A stretch of 64,000 nt of DNA from Actinomycetota bacterium (GCA_009923495.1 RFTJ01000004.1:15899-79898); one strand, 5' to 3'. Counted from the first letter of the stretch, positions 50,252-60,591 are shown. A program made the numbers and translations. Notes: generated by a model not told the origin, from the sequence alone.

Positions 50252-50860
50252 TTGTTTCACGTGAAACATCAAAATCTTCTAGATCAGTACCCTGCCGTAG
50301 CACAGCAACTTAGTTCATATGCCCATTGGCTAGAAACCGAAGGCGTGATTCGCGGTTTAATTGGACCTCGCGAAGTGGACCGGATTTGGGATAGACATTT
50401 AGCCAATTGCGCTGCAGTTGCTGAGCTTATTCCTGCTAGGGCAAAAGTAATCGACATTGGTAGCGGTGCTGGTTTGCCAGGATTAGTGCTGGCAATAATT
50501 CGCCCAGATTGTGCGGTGACTTTAGTTGAGCCACTTCTACGCCGAAGTGAATTTCTGCAGGAAGTAGCTTCGGATCTCGGTTTAGCGAATGTTGCCGTTT
50601 TGCGAGCTAGAGCAGAGCAGGTTACCGAGCAGGCTCAAGTTGTCACAGCTCGTGCGGTAGCTCCATTAGCAAAGTTGTTAGGCCTAGCTATGCCGTTAGT
50701 TGCGCCAGGCGGAGAGTTACTTGCGATGAAAGGCAGTAATGCTGCCGGTGAAATCGAGCAGGCAGCTGAAGAACTTAAGGGGTTGTACGCGCAAATTTGC
50801 CAGGCGGGGCAAGGTTTAGTGTACCCGCCTACTACGGTAGTTCGAGTAGTTCGCAACTAA
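50252..50860 (+). CDS. rsmG: 16S rRNA m7G527 methyltransferase
   Basis: RGLIGPRE, DIGSGAGLPG, TARAVA, AMKG; start uncertain (TTG 50252 or GTG 50261). Confidence 0.95.
   Translation: MFHVKHQNLLDQYPAVAQQLSSYAHWLETEGVIRGLIGPREVDRIWDRHLANCAAVAELIPARAKVIDIGSGAGLPGLVLAIIRPDCAVTLVEPLLRRSEFLQEVASDLGLANVAVLRARAEQVTEQAQVVTARAVAPLAKLLGLAMPLVAPGGELLAMKGSNAAGEIEQAAEELKGLYAQICQAGQGLVYPPTTVVRVVRN
50253..50268. other. parS site 2 (overlaps the rsmG start)
   Basis: TGTTTCACGTGAAACA. Confidence 0.95.
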
Positions 50861-50958
50861 ATATTCGTTCGTAACCAAGCAAATAAATTTACCTGGGTGG
50901 CACCGTCAGGCGTGTCTGCTAAATACAATATGCTTACCGCAGAAGGTGGGGCCAAAAC

Positions 50959-51834
50959 ATGGATTTCAGCCAAGAAGATACGCCATTGGCAGCAGCAGCG
51001 GCTGCTGCCGTCTATGTGCGCACTGGTCTAAAGGGCAGTTTTCCAAAGCCAAAGCACCCTAGGGTTTTAACAGTCGCAAACCAAAAAGGTGGAGTGGGAA
51101 AAACGACATCAGCAGTAAATCTCGCTGCTTCAATGGCCCTAGGTGGATTAAACGTTTTGGTAATAGATCTTGATCCACAGGGAAATGCATCGACCGCACT
51201 AGCGGTGGACCATCAAGAAGAGGCCGTAGGAACATATGACGTGCTTGTGGATGGGGAGCCAATAACTCAATGCATGTCGCCTGCTCCTGGCTATGAAAGC
51301 CTTTGGTGTTTACCGGCCTCGTTAGATCTTGCCGGTGCTGACATCGAGTTAATCACTAGTTTCTCTGAAACTGAACGGCCATTTCTGTTGCGCAAGGCCA
51401 TCGCTTTACTGCTTGAAACCAATGATTTTGACTACATTTTTGTAGATTGCCCGCCGAGTTTAGGCATGCTCACGATCAATGCTTTAGCTGCCGTATCTGA
51501 GGTTTTGATTCCAATTCAGTGTGAATTTTATGCTCTTGAAGGTGTTCAGCAGCTACTCAGAACAATTGAGTTCGCACGGGATCGACTAAACCCAGAGTTA
51601 GCAGTAAGCACAATTTTGCTAACCATGTTTAACTCAAGGACTAACCTCTCCTTGCAGGTGGCAGAGGAAGTCCGAAGTTACTTCGGTGAGCTAGTCCTGG
51701 CAACCGCCATCCCAAGATCAACCTATGTGGCTGAAGCTCCATCATTTGGTCAAAGCGTACTAACTTACGACCCGGGCTCCACTGGTGCGGTTGCGTATTT
51801 GGCGGCCGCCCGGGAAATTGCAGCACGCGGATAG
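50959..51834 (+). CDS. parA: Chromosome partitioning ATPase ParA
   Basis: NQKGGVGKTT, DLDPQGNAS, DCPPSLG, PIQCEFYALEG. Confidence 0.97.
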   Translation: MDFSQEDTPLAAAAAAAVYVRTGLKGSFPKPKHPRVLTVANQKGGVGKTTSAVNLAASMALGGLNVLVIDLDPQGNASTALAVDHQEEAVGTYDVLVDGEPITQCMSPAPGYESLWCLPASLDLAGADIELITSFSETERPFLLRKAIALLLETNDFDYIFVDCPPSLGMLTINALAAVSEVLIPIQCEFYALEGVQQLLRTIEFARDRLNPELAVSTILLTMFNSRTNLSLQVAEEVRSYFGELVLATAIPRSTYVAEAPSFGQSVLTYDPGSTGAVAYLAAAREIAARG

Positions 51835-51847
51835 AAAAGGAAAACTA

Positions 51848-52879
51848 ATGGCAAAACGACAAAGTCTTGGGCGAGGTCTTGGCGCGCTGATACCGGATGT
51901 TTCACGTGAAACAACTCACTCAGCCACAGCTAAGAAGTCTGATGCGGGCAGCCCAAAGCCAGCAAAAGCGTCTAAATCTGTGACACAAAAAGCTGCAAAC
52001 TCAAAGGAGACGGAGTTAAGCGGTACAAAAAATGCTGATGCCATGTCAGTAGCTGGCCTTACTTTGGTGGAGCTACCAATCCGAAAGATTGTGCCAAACC
52101 CGGCTCAGCCGCGAAAGCATTTTGATGAAGATGCCTTGTCTGAGCTGGTCCACTCAATTGAGGAAATCGGCTTGCTACAACCTATTGTTGTGCGGGCCAC
52201 GCCTGAAGGCTACGAACTAGTTGCTGGCGAACGTCGCTTACGGGCTAGTAAAAAGGCCGGCTTAAAAACTATTCCGGCTTTGGTGCGAGAGACCGCAGAC
52301 GACCAAATGCTGCGCGATGCCTTATTGGAGAATCTGCACCGCTCCCAACTAACTCCGTTAGAAGAAGCTGCCGCTTATCAGCAACTGCTAGAGGACTTCG
52401 GTTGTACACAAGAAGAGTTGGCTAGCAGATTGGGTCGGTCGCGCCCGCAAATCTCTAACACCTTGCGCTTGATGAATTTGCCACCGACGGTGCAACGCCG
52501 GGTAGCAGCAGGGGTTATTTCTGCTGGCCATGCCAGGGCATTGCTTGGTCTCAAAGACGCAGCGGCAATTGAGAAGCTTGCGGCTCGCATTGTGGCAGAG
52601 GGACTGTCGGTTCGAACGGTTGAAGAGATAGTTGCCGTTGGCTTAACAGATAGCGAACCTGCCAGCAAGAGACCGCAAAGTAAGGGAACGCTTAGTGCCC
52701 CAGGACTTGCTGAACTGAGTCAGCGAATGACAGATCGGTTGGACACCCGCGTCACGGTTATGGTCGGCCAGAAACGAGGAAAAGTGGTAATTGAATTCGC
52801 CACCCTTGAAGATCTGCGCCGCATTGTGGAAATCATTGATCCACCAACCCGGGGAATGTTTGGTGAACCTCTACTTTAG
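51848..52879 (+). CDS. parB: Chromosome partitioning protein ParB
   Basis: LGRGLGALI, QPRKHF, GLLQPI, AGERRLRA, ENLHR, HTH; ATG 51848. Confidence 0.97.
   Translation: MAKRQSLGRGLGALIPDVSRETTHSATAKKSDAGSPKPAKASKSVTQKAANSKETELSGTKNADAMSVAGLTLVELPIRKIVPNPAQPRKHFDEDALSELVHSIEEIGLLQPIVVRATPEGYELVAGERRLRASKKAGLKTIPALVRETADDQMLRDALLENLHRSQLTPLEEAAAYQQLLEDFGCTQEELASRLGRSRPQISNTLRLMNLPPTVQRRVAAGVISAGHARALLGLKDAAAIEKLAARIVAEGLSVRTVEEIVAVGLTDSEPASKRPQSKGTLSAPGLAELSQRMTDRLDTRVTVMVGQKRGKVVIEFATLEDLRRIVEIIDPPTRGMFGEPLL
51898..51913. other. parS site 3, inside the parB coding sequence
   Basis: TGTTTCACGTGAAACA read in frame as DVSRET. Confidence 0.93.
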
Positions 52880-52919
52880 GGTTTTGCACAGGTGAACAAC
52901 CTGTGGAGAAGTAAATAAT

Positions 52920-52935
52920 TGTGACCCACATCACA
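52920..52935. promoter_or_regulatory. Putative Crp/GlxR binding site
   Basis: TGTGA-CCCACA-TCACA with AAT/TTT flanks, matching TGTGA-N6-TCACA. Confidence 0.6.
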
Positions 52936-53010
52936 TTTATTTGAGTGCTTAACCTCAGTCACCCTCCCCAAAGCAAAATCTTTGGTGCGCCTGCAGAAAA
53001 ACCGGTTCAG

Positions 53011-54087
53011 TTAGCCAATTCGTACGGCAAGAACTCGGCCGATCGAGACTGCTAGCGCACTAGAAATAGCGTCTCGCTGCTGTGCATTACTGAGGATCTC
53101 ACTATCTCGCACATTCGAGGCATAACCCAAATCAATCTGTACAGCCGGCATCTTGGTCAATCGTAATAAATCCCATGTGCGGGCATGGGTCCGACAATCT
53201 TTCAGAGCTGTGCGATTGGCGATCTCTTGTTGCACGGTCTCAGCCAGACGCGCACCCATCGCTGAACGAGAGAGATTGTGGCCAAAAAATGAGGTAGCGA
53301 TTCCATTTGCTTGAGCATCTGGGCAGACATCGAGATGTAGCGAAACTACTAGATCTACTTTTTGATCATTGGCTAATCGAGCACAGTCCTGCTCATCAGG
53401 CCGTGCAGAATTCTGCGCACGGGAAAGGATTACTAAACTCCCAGCCGCAGCGAGCCGGCCTTCGAGTCGAGTAGCGATGTCCCAACAGATTTCGCCTATC
53501 GTTAAGTTGCTTCCTGCCAGTGGTGTAGCACTGTCACTAATGTCAAGCAAAATACTCGCGGACTCAATAGTGTGTTGCGCCTCGAGCGCAGCCAAATCTC
53601 GCAGATGCTCTTGACTACCCCCGGTAACTGTGCGGGCTAACCGAGCGAAAGCAGCAAATACCGCGGGACCACAAGTGCCATCATCAGACAATCCAACACT
53701 TCGCTGAAACTCACGAACTGCGCGGTCCGTTTGTGGACCAAAGACACCATCAAGTCGATCAAGATGAAAACCGAGCTCTTGTAATTTGTGTTGTAAGGTC
53801 GCAACATCTTCACCATGAATCATTTTTCCGGGCATGTAGGTAAGAATCCGATCCCCGAGAATCCAATGAGCTTCTTCGAGTCGGCGATAAGTTTGTGGAC
53901 CAATAATTCCATCAATAGTCAACCCGCGTGATTGCTGAAAAATTCGCACGGCTTCAAGCAGTTGGTCATCAAAGACTTCGGACGGGTGAGTACCCTGATC
54001 AGAAAGCAATCCAAGACGCGATAGGCGTTGTCGGATCTCTACTACAACTGGATCGACGTCACCATTTCGCAGTGAAACGGTAATCAT
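53011..54087 (-). CDS. cwlM: CwlM-like protein (two PG-binding domains + Amidase_3 fold)
   Basis: FQQSRGLTIDGIIGPQT and DG.FG..T..AVREFQ repeats, WDLLRLTKMPAV; position between parB and trxA. Confidence 0.88.
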   Translation of the reverse strand: MITVSLRNGDVDPVVVEIRQRLSRLGLLSDQGTHPSEVFDDQLLEAVRIFQQSRGLTIDGIIGPQTYRRLEEAHWILGDRILTYMPGKMIHGEDVATLQHKLQELGFHLDRLDGVFGPQTDRAVREFQRSVGLSDDGTCGPAVFAAFARLARTVTGGSQEHLRDLAALEAQHTIESASILLDISDSATPLAGSNLTIGEICWDIATRLEGRLAAAGSLVILSRAQNSARPDEQDCARLANDQKVDLVVSLHLDVCPDAQANGIATSFFGHNLSRSAMGARLAETVQQEIANRTALKDCRTHARTWDLLRLTKMPAVQIDLGYASNVRDSEILSNAQQRDAISSALAVSIGRVLAVRIG

Positions 54088-54094
54088 TGTGAAT

Positions 54095-54418
54095 TTAGAT
54101 ATGTTCAGCTAACTCAGCAAGCAGAACAGACTTCGGTTTCGCGCCGATAATCTGCTTGACCAGCTGGCCATCTTTGTAAAGATTCAAAGTCGGAATCGAA
54201 GTGATTCCACTGTTTGCTGCAATAGCTGGATTCTCATCTACATCTATCTTTGCAATTACCAACTTGTCTGATAGCTCAGCAGCAAGTTCATCAAGAATCG
54301 GAGCCACCTGCTTACACGGTCCGCACCAGGTAGCCCAAAAATCAACCAATACCGGCTTGCTATTGGCAAGAACCGTCTCTGCAAATGTGGCATCGGTTAC
54401 TTGTACTGTTGCACCCAT
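54095..54418 (-). CDS. trxA: Thioredoxin
   Basis: WATWCGPC, SIPT; ATG 54418 after AAGGAG. Confidence 0.97.
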   Translation of the reverse strand: MGATVQVTDATFAETVLANSKPVLVDFWATWCGPCKQVAPILDELAAELSDKLVIAKIDVDENPAIAANSGITSIPTLNLYKDGQLVKQIIGAKPKSVLLAELAEHI

Positions 54419-54475
54419 GTTTTTCTCCTTAAGGTGGTCTTCGCTCACTCAAGCATAGAGTGTGACGAGCCGAGT

Positions 54476-55411
54476 TTAGCCTTTGTGTGCCAAATAACGT
54501 TCGGCATCTAGTGCTGCTGCACAGCCTGAACCGGCAGCAGTAATCGCCTGGCGATAAGTGTGGTCAACTAAGTCCCCGGCGGCAAATACGCCCGCTAAAT
54601 TTGTGGCGGTCGAATTTGGCTTCGTCAAAACATACCCTTGATCATCTAGATCAACTTGCCCTTTAACCAATTCGGAGCGGGGATCGTGACCAATAGCAAC
54701 AAAGAGCCCAGTAACTGGTAACTCGGATGTTACTCCTGTATTTGTGTCTCGGAGCGTAACTCCAGTCAACTTTCCTTCGCCGTGGATCTCGGCTACTTCA
54801 CTATTCCAGGCAAATTTAATTTTCGGATCATTATGCGCGCGTTGCGCCATAATTTTACTTGCCCGCAGCTCGCCACGGCGATGAATCAGGGTAACGCTAT
54901 CGGCAAATCGAGTCAGGAAGGTTGCTTCTTCAATCGCTGAGTCGCCACCACCAACTACAGCAATGTTTTGTCCACGGAAAAAGAATCCATCACAAGTTGC
55001 GCACCAAGAGACACCATGACCCGAGAGAGCTTTCTCATTTGGTAAACCAAGTTCGCGATATCCAGACCCAGTAGCCAAAATTATGGCGTGACTTTGGCGG
55101 TGCTTGCCTGAACTATCTGTTACCGTTTTGATTTCACCGACCAGATCTACCGAAGTAACATCATCAGTTATAAACCGCGCGCCGAATCTTTCTGCCTGGG
55201 CGCGCATATTCTCCATTAGCGCAGGACCCATGATTCCTTCTGGAAAGCCCGGAAAGTTCTCAACCTCGGTAGTGTTCATTAGTGCACCACCGGCGGTAAC
55301 GGCACCTTCAAAGACAATCGGATTGAGTTGCGCCCGAGCAGCATAAATTGCCGCCGTATATCCACATGGACCAGAGCCAATGATGATTACCTGGGCTACT
55401 TCGTTATCCAT
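54476..55411 (-). CDS. trxB: Thioredoxin reductase
   Basis: GSGPCG, CATCDG, GGGDSA, FAAGD. Confidence 0.97.
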   Translation of the reverse strand: MDNEVAQVIIIGSGPCGYTAAIYAARAQLNPIVFEGAVTAGGALMNTTEVENFPGFPEGIMGPALMENMRAQAERFGARFITDDVTSVDLVGEIKTVTDSSGKHRQSHAIILATGSGYRELGLPNEKALSGHGVSWCATCDGFFFRGQNIAVVGGGDSAIEEATFLTRFADSVTLIHRRGELRASKIMAQRAHNDPKIKFAWNSEVAEIHGEGKLTGVTLRDTNTGVTSELPVTGLFVAIGHDPRSELVKGQVDLDDQGYVLTKPNSTATNLAGVFAAGDLVDHTYRQAITAAGSGCAAALDAERYLAHKG

Positions 55412-55485
55412 AAGAGTCCTTACTATGTGTACTTGCTTTGATTAGTTTACGCAGTCGGGCGTCTAGGCAGTTGACTAAGTATCAG

Positions 55486-56973
55486 TTACAACCCGATCTT
55501 GACTTCAGCTATTCCACCAACCAAGCTGCCGAACTGATTTCTCGGAAGTTTAGTAAGCCAAATTAGAACATAGCGCCCCGTTACTTTTTGGGATGAACTG
55601 AAATTATGCACTTGATCGGCATTGCTCACTGTTGCAAGCACGGTTGCTTTAGCAGTATCTGGCTCTGGGTCATCGGAAATAAAAACAGTTCCACTGTGTG
55701 CCGGAGAGGAAAATGTAACTTCTACTTGGCGGATGTTCGTCCGTTTGCCCAAGTCAACCACTAATCCCACACCCGACTTTTGCGACCAGCTATTTGTGAA
55801 ATACGGGATTGTCTCCCAGGCCGTTTCTAAATCACCATCGATTGCAAATTTGGCTAGTTTTGGATTTTCCGCACCGTCACCAAATGGGTCATAATCTCTG
55901 GCATCGACCGGAGTTGCGTAAATAGTTGGCCAGACATCAGCACTTGCTGACGGCGTAGCCGAAAGTGTATTTGACTGAGTAGGAGAACTAGTTGGTGTCG
56001 CGGCAACGGCAGGCCTGCTCGGCAGACTTGCAGGGGTATTCAAAAAATTGTGAGTCATTAGTTGCCAGCCCAGCCAACCGAACAAGTATGTGCCAACAAT
56101 CGCTAATGCAACTGCTCTAAGTCGATGCGGCCTAGGAATGTCCTTGCCATGCCAATTAACTTCATGTCCGGTCCAGCGATTTACCGCTGACCTTAGGTCC
56201 TCAAGCAAGGAGGCATTTGCGAGAGAAATTTCGTGGATTAACTCAGCTGTTGAAGTAATGCTGCCATCTTGTGTTTTTTCATAGAGCCGATCGATTGCTT
56301 CGCCAACCCCATTTCGTTGTTGACTTGGCAAAGTCAAGGTTCGATTCTCCAAGATTTCAGCGCCGGGCAGTGCGCCAATTGGCCCCGATGGCCAAGTAGC
56401 GGTCACCATCGCAAAAAGCAGATCGCCAATCCCCGCAATATCAGTAATTTTGCTTTTCCCATCAACGCCAAACAGCGCGCCGTCGATGCCAAAGCCGGTT
56501 ACTCGGATCTCGCCTGCGTCATTTAGATAGATATTTCTCGGCCGTAATCTGCCATGAATAAGACCAAGCTCATGCATCGCGCCGATAGCCAATGTCGCTT
56601 GGGTCAGAATGCGAAGCGCCTCTTTGGTGGAAAGCGGCTCCAGATTTTTACCTACGATGTGGTCAATCGTCTGGCCATCAACCCATTCCGTTACTACGCC
56701 TAAATATGGTTCAGTTTCATCTATGGTTCGAACTCCAAATACAAAATCCCGCTCAACAATATCCAAAATTGCAACCGCATTTCTACCGCTGTTGACGGCC
56801 GCTGCTTTGGCATGAACCAGCAGCGGCATAGCTCTCGGATCTTTATGTGGTAGCAATACGATGCAGACTACTCGCTGCAACGAATTATCTATTGCCCGCC
56901 AAAGTAGGGCATTATGGCTTGAATTTATTTGGACATCCAAGGAGTAGCGATCAGTGAAAGTCCGAGCTGCCAT
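55486..56973 (-). CDS. MurJ-associated pseudokinase with TM and extracellular beta-sandwich domain
   Basis: Kinase-like fold lacking VAIK (VCIV), HRD (HGR) and DFG (GFG); C-terminal DPFGDG.EN...AIDGD..TAW...GVGL...YVLIWLT. Confidence 0.8.
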   Translation of the reverse strand: MAARTFTDRYSLDVQINSSHNALLWRAIDNSLQRVVCIVLLPHKDPRAMPLLVHAKAAAVNSGRNAVAILDIVERDFVFGVRTIDETEPYLGVVTEWVDGQTIDHIVGKNLEPLSTKEALRILTQATLAIGAMHELGLIHGRLRPRNIYLNDAGEIRVTGFGIDGALFGVDGKSKITDIAGIGDLLFAMVTATWPSGPIGALPGAEILENRTLTLPSQQRNGVGEAIDRLYEKTQDGSITSTAELIHEISLANASLLEDLRSAVNRWTGHEVNWHGKDIPRPHRLRAVALAIVGTYLFGWLGWQLMTHNFLNTPASLPSRPAVAATPTSSPTQSNTLSATPSASADVWPTIYATPVDARDYDPFGDGAENPKLAKFAIDGDLETAWETIPYFTNSWSQKSGVGLVVDLGKRTNIRQVEVTFSSPAHSGTVFISDDPEPDTAKATVLATVSNADQVHNFSSSQKVTGRYVLIWLTKLPRNQFGSLVGGIAEVKIGL

Positions 56974-56975
56974 CC

Positions 56976-58595
56976 TTAGTCCTTGCTCAAAATACGCTTT
57001 TTGATTTGAAGTATGATGTCATTCACCTCAGAGATGCGCATCAACTTTGCCAACGCCACATAACTTACCGCAAATAAAACGGTAAACACTGACAGTTGGA
57101 CGAAGGAAGCGAAGGATTTTCCATCAGTAACCAGATTGATAGTAAGCAGCCAGCTAGTAGCTCCACTTAGTGCGGCACCCACCAAAGTACGGGCAAGTAG
57201 CTGAACTAATTTTCCAGATGGCACAGTTTTAAATCGTCTAGTCACCCGATACCAGGTAATAACGCAAATCACCAGGTAGGCAATTGAGTAGGCGACTGCC
57301 AGGCTTAGTACTTTGTATTTGTCAGGTACGGTGAAAAAAAGTGTTAAGCCGATACCCATGTGCAGCACATTAAACCCAAGATTTAGCAGGAATGGGGTTT
57401 TGGTATTTTCCTGAGCGTAGTAGGTGCGTAGTAGTACATAAAATATTGAGAAAGCGGGTAATCCCAAAGCAAACATGCTTGAGATATAACCAACCGCCGC
57501 TCCTTGCTCGCTACTTGCAGCGCCATGCCCATACATAATCACACCGATTTGGCTGCCCATGAAAACCAGAATTATTGCTGCTGGAATTACGAATGTGATC
57601 ACATTGCGAAGTGCTATCGCAAGCTCTGAACCAAATTCAGACAGATTTTCGTCATGTGAATGTTTGCTAAGCCGTGGAAGTAGTGCGGTAATTATTGAAA
57701 CGGTAATTATTGAATGAGGCAGCATCATCATTAGTTGCCCCTTTTGATAAGAGGTAAAGCCAATCGCAACCTGTGCATTCTGCTGCGCCACGACGTTGGC
57801 GTAAGTGGTCAGTTTGGAAATGATCAGGAACGAAATTTGATTTACGAAAACAAAGCCAATGGTCCAAACTGCCAGATCACCGAGTTTGCCAAGTCCAGTA
57901 TTTCGGAAATCAAAACGAGGAGTGTAGGAATAACCGCTCTTAGTTAAAGCCGGAATTAAAATAACCGCTTGGGCAACTACGCCGAGCGTTGTTCCTGCTC
58001 CAAGCAGTGCTAGCTGTCCATTAGATACCGTAATCGTTGAGGGCATTTTGTCTGTTATCGCCATGAACCCGCTTGCACTCAAAATGACAATGAAATTATT
58101 TACTATCGGGGCAAACATCGGAAGTTTGAAAACATCCCGCGCATTTAATATTTGTGACTCAAGGGTATAGATCCCATAAAAGATTATTTGCGGGATACAC
58201 CAGATGGCGAATATGACTGCTACATGAAAGTCTTTACTGGTCCAGCTATTAGTTGCATACAAATGAACAATTAGCGCCGATGTAGCAAGTGCAATAGTAA
58301 CTATGACTAGCAACAAAATGCCGACAAGAGTTAAGAGTCGATCCGTAAACATCTTCCCGTTATCAGAATCATCCGTCATGTGCCGAACCAGCGCGGGGAT
58401 AAAGACTGCATTTATTGCGCCGCCAGCAATCAGAATGTAAATGATATTAGGCAAACTATTTGCCACCGAGTAAGTGTCTGAGAAAACTCCGGTACCGATT
58501 GCTGCTACCAGAGCAATGTCGCGACCGACGCCAGTGATTCGGCTAAGTAGCGTGCCGAGCGCCATTCCTGATGTGTTTCCTAGCCCAATGGACAT
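56976..58595 (-). CDS. murJ: Lipid II flippase MurJ
   Basis: GTLLSRITG..R, ANSLPN, PQIIFYG, APIVNN, DTK-like NTKTP. Confidence 0.95.
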   Translation of the reverse strand: MSIGLGNTSGMALGTLLSRITGVGRDIALVAAIGTGVFSDTYSVANSLPNIIYILIAGGAINAVFIPALVRHMTDDSDNGKMFTDRLLTLVGILLLVIVTIALATSALIVHLYATNSWTSKDFHVAVIFAIWCIPQIIFYGIYTLESQILNARDVFKLPMFAPIVNNFIVILSASGFMAITDKMPSTITVSNGQLALLGAGTTLGVVAQAVILIPALTKSGYSYTPRFDFRNTGLGKLGDLAVWTIGFVFVNQISFLIISKLTTYANVVAQQNAQVAIGFTSYQKGQLMMMLPHSIITVSIITALLPRLSKHSHDENLSEFGSELAIALRNVITFVIPAAIILVFMGSQIGVIMYGHGAASSEQGAAVGYISSMFALGLPAFSIFYVLLRTYYAQENTKTPFLLNLGFNVLHMGIGLTLFFTVPDKYKVLSLAVAYSIAYLVICVITWYRVTRRFKTVPSGKLVQLLARTLVGAALSGATSWLLTINLVTDGKSFASFVQLSVFTVLFAVSYVALAKLMRISEVNDIILQIKKRILSKD

Positions 58596-58641
58596 CGAGT
58601 CACCCTAACTCTGGTTTTGTGGACGCAAGTCATCGTTAAAG

Positions 58642-60591
58642 TTATCGCGACTTACCACCACGTCGCTTTCGCGCAGCATTCACGATGGCAAAAAGTAGCA
58701 ACAGCCCACAAGCTCCCCACACCAGAGTACGTGCCAAAGATTGGTAACTAGAGGAGGTTAAATAGATTTCTTGACTAATGTTTAATTTTTTATCAACTGA
58801 ATTAAGCAAGTTAACGGTCACTGGAACACTTCCGGTGCCTTGCAACTTAACTGGCACAGATACTGTTACTCGCTGGTTATTTGGCACCGAGATCAAGTCA
58901 GTAGTAACCGACTGAAATTGAGAGCTTGACGCACTTGTCAACTGGGCCTTTACCTGAATTGGGTATCCAGATTTATTAGCGATTGTCAGTGGGATGTCAG
59001 TTGATTGGCTGGCAAAAGAAATCCTGGTAGAGGTTTGTATTGCTATGTTGCGCCGAATCTGGTTCAGGTAGGACTGGTTGACTTTGAGGAAATAATTGGC
59101 ATGTCTGGGTTTTGCGAAAGTTTCCGAAAAACTGCGCAGTCGAGCAGATTCGAATCCTGCGACAAATCCTTCATTCTCAATCGCTGCCCCAAGCACTTTT
59201 GCCCCACGAACGAGTTTGTTGGCACTTTTGAGCAACCCTTTAGAAAACGGATTTTGTTTGCCTGCCACATAACCCGCATCGGTACTCAAACCATCGGAGG
59301 TTTGAGAAAGTGCGACGATCTGCGCCCACCGGCTATTGGTCAAAGAATTTGAAATGCGCTGAAGTTCTCCTGATTCTGGGTGCCAGAATGGCGGAGTTAA
59401 AATCGCGATTGTCCGCCCTTGGAATGGCGCTTCGGCTGTAATCATCGCAGTATGTGCCAATATGCAGTTGAGCCGTCGGTCACTACTTAGTTGGCTGAAG
59501 CATCGCGAAGTTTCCGCATCATAAATAATCCCTGGCAGGCCATTAACGCTAGCTCGTGCAGCTGAGGTAGTAATTCCAGTCCCGGCAATAAAGGTATTTG
59601 AAAGCACAGGTGTAATGTTTCCAAAATCTTTTAAACTAGCCAGCGTCTCGGCATTCAATTGGCCGAATCTGGGCAAGTAATAGAGATTTCGTTTGGCAGA
59701 AAACTTACTGAGCCGCAATACCGTTCCGATGTCGCCCGGACTGTTTTTGAATAGTGCCTGCAAATTCGTGTGATTGTAGATCTGAGTCTGAGCTCCTGGA
59801 GTGATTTTGGCTAATTTGCCTGCTACCTCATCTACCGCTGGCTTTAGGGCTGAATTCTTTAGGTCGGTTAGCCAGTTATCAACTCCGGGATCCTTTAGAA
59901 AAGTGATGTTTGACGGTGCTGGATCTAGCAGCGAGTTTAAGCGAACCAAACTGCGAGCATCCTGATTTATGGATCTAGTTGTGCCATTTGCAAGGTGAGT
60001 ATTCTGAATTGAAAGCTGGGTTAGGAAAACTACTTTTGTCTTGACTAGATCATTCGGGCCATAAAACCAAGGTTGTACATGATTCGCTTGCAGATTTGTT
60101 CCCCGGATCAGAATGCCAAATACATAAACGCCATTAGCTGGCGAGCCCAGCACCTTTTCCCCGTTGAATGAAATACTCCAAGGCGTTCGAGACCCTGTTG
60201 CCTGCTTTGCTATTTTCGTAGTCACTTCTGGATGGACTTGTCCGCGATTTAGATTCGGGCTCTTTAGTGTTGCTAAAAGTTCTGAACGCGTTTTTAGTGG
60301 GCCATAGGTGACTAAATCCAAATTAGCGCTACCAGTTCGATCCGAAGTCGTAAAAGTTCCCGCCATTCGTACGGCATGGGTATTGGATATAGCTTTTGTA
60401 ACCCGCACGGAATCAATCTGAATAGCGCCCGCATCTGCTCGTGCGAAATTAATGGGAATAAATAAGGAGATAACCATGAAAAGTGCAATAGTCAGGCTTG
60501 CGAGCGCCAACCGCACGGACGGATGTCGTTGATAATCGCTCACTCCCCAAGAATACTTGGCGTGCATGGTATGCCATTGCTTGCGCAACAT
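58642..60591 (-). CDS. DUF6049-like secreted/membrane protein
   Basis: Signal peptide, C-terminal TM, AHTAMITAE, IPLTIAN; canonical position between murJ and the CCA enzyme; start uncertain. Confidence 0.7.
   Translation of the reverse strand: MLRKQWHTMHAKYSWGVSDYQRHPSVRLALASLTIALFMVISLFIPINFARADAGAIQIDSVRVTKAISNTHAVRMAGTFTTSDRTGSANLDLVTYGPLKTRSELLATLKSPNLNRGQVHPEVTTKIAKQATGSRTPWSISFNGEKVLGSPANGVYVFGILIRGTNLQANHVQPWFYGPNDLVKTKVVFLTQLSIQNTHLANGTTRSINQDARSLVRLNSLLDPAPSNITFLKDPGVDNWLTDLKNSALKPAVDEVAGKLAKITPGAQTQIYNHTNLQALFKNSPGDIGTVLRLSKFSAKRNLYYLPRFGQLNAETLASLKDFGNITPVLSNTFIAGTGITTSAARASVNGLPGIIYDAETSRCFSQLSSDRRLNCILAHTAMITAEAPFQGRTIAILTPPFWHPESGELQRISNSLTNSRWAQIVALSQTSDGLSTDAGYVAGKQNPFSKGLLKSANKLVRGAKVLGAAIENEGFVAGFESARLRSFSETFAKPRHANYFLKVNQSYLNQIRRNIAIQTSTRISFASQSTDIPLTIANKSGYPIQVKAQLTSASSSQFQSVTTDLISVPNNQRVTVSVPVKLQGTGSVPVTVNLLNSVDKKLNISQEIYLTSSSYQSLARTLVWGACGLLLLFAIVNAARKRRGGKSR

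Noticed and set aside
50252-50269. MFHVKH N-terminal peptide of RsmG as a protein motif
   Set aside because: It is simply the translation of the parS palindrome
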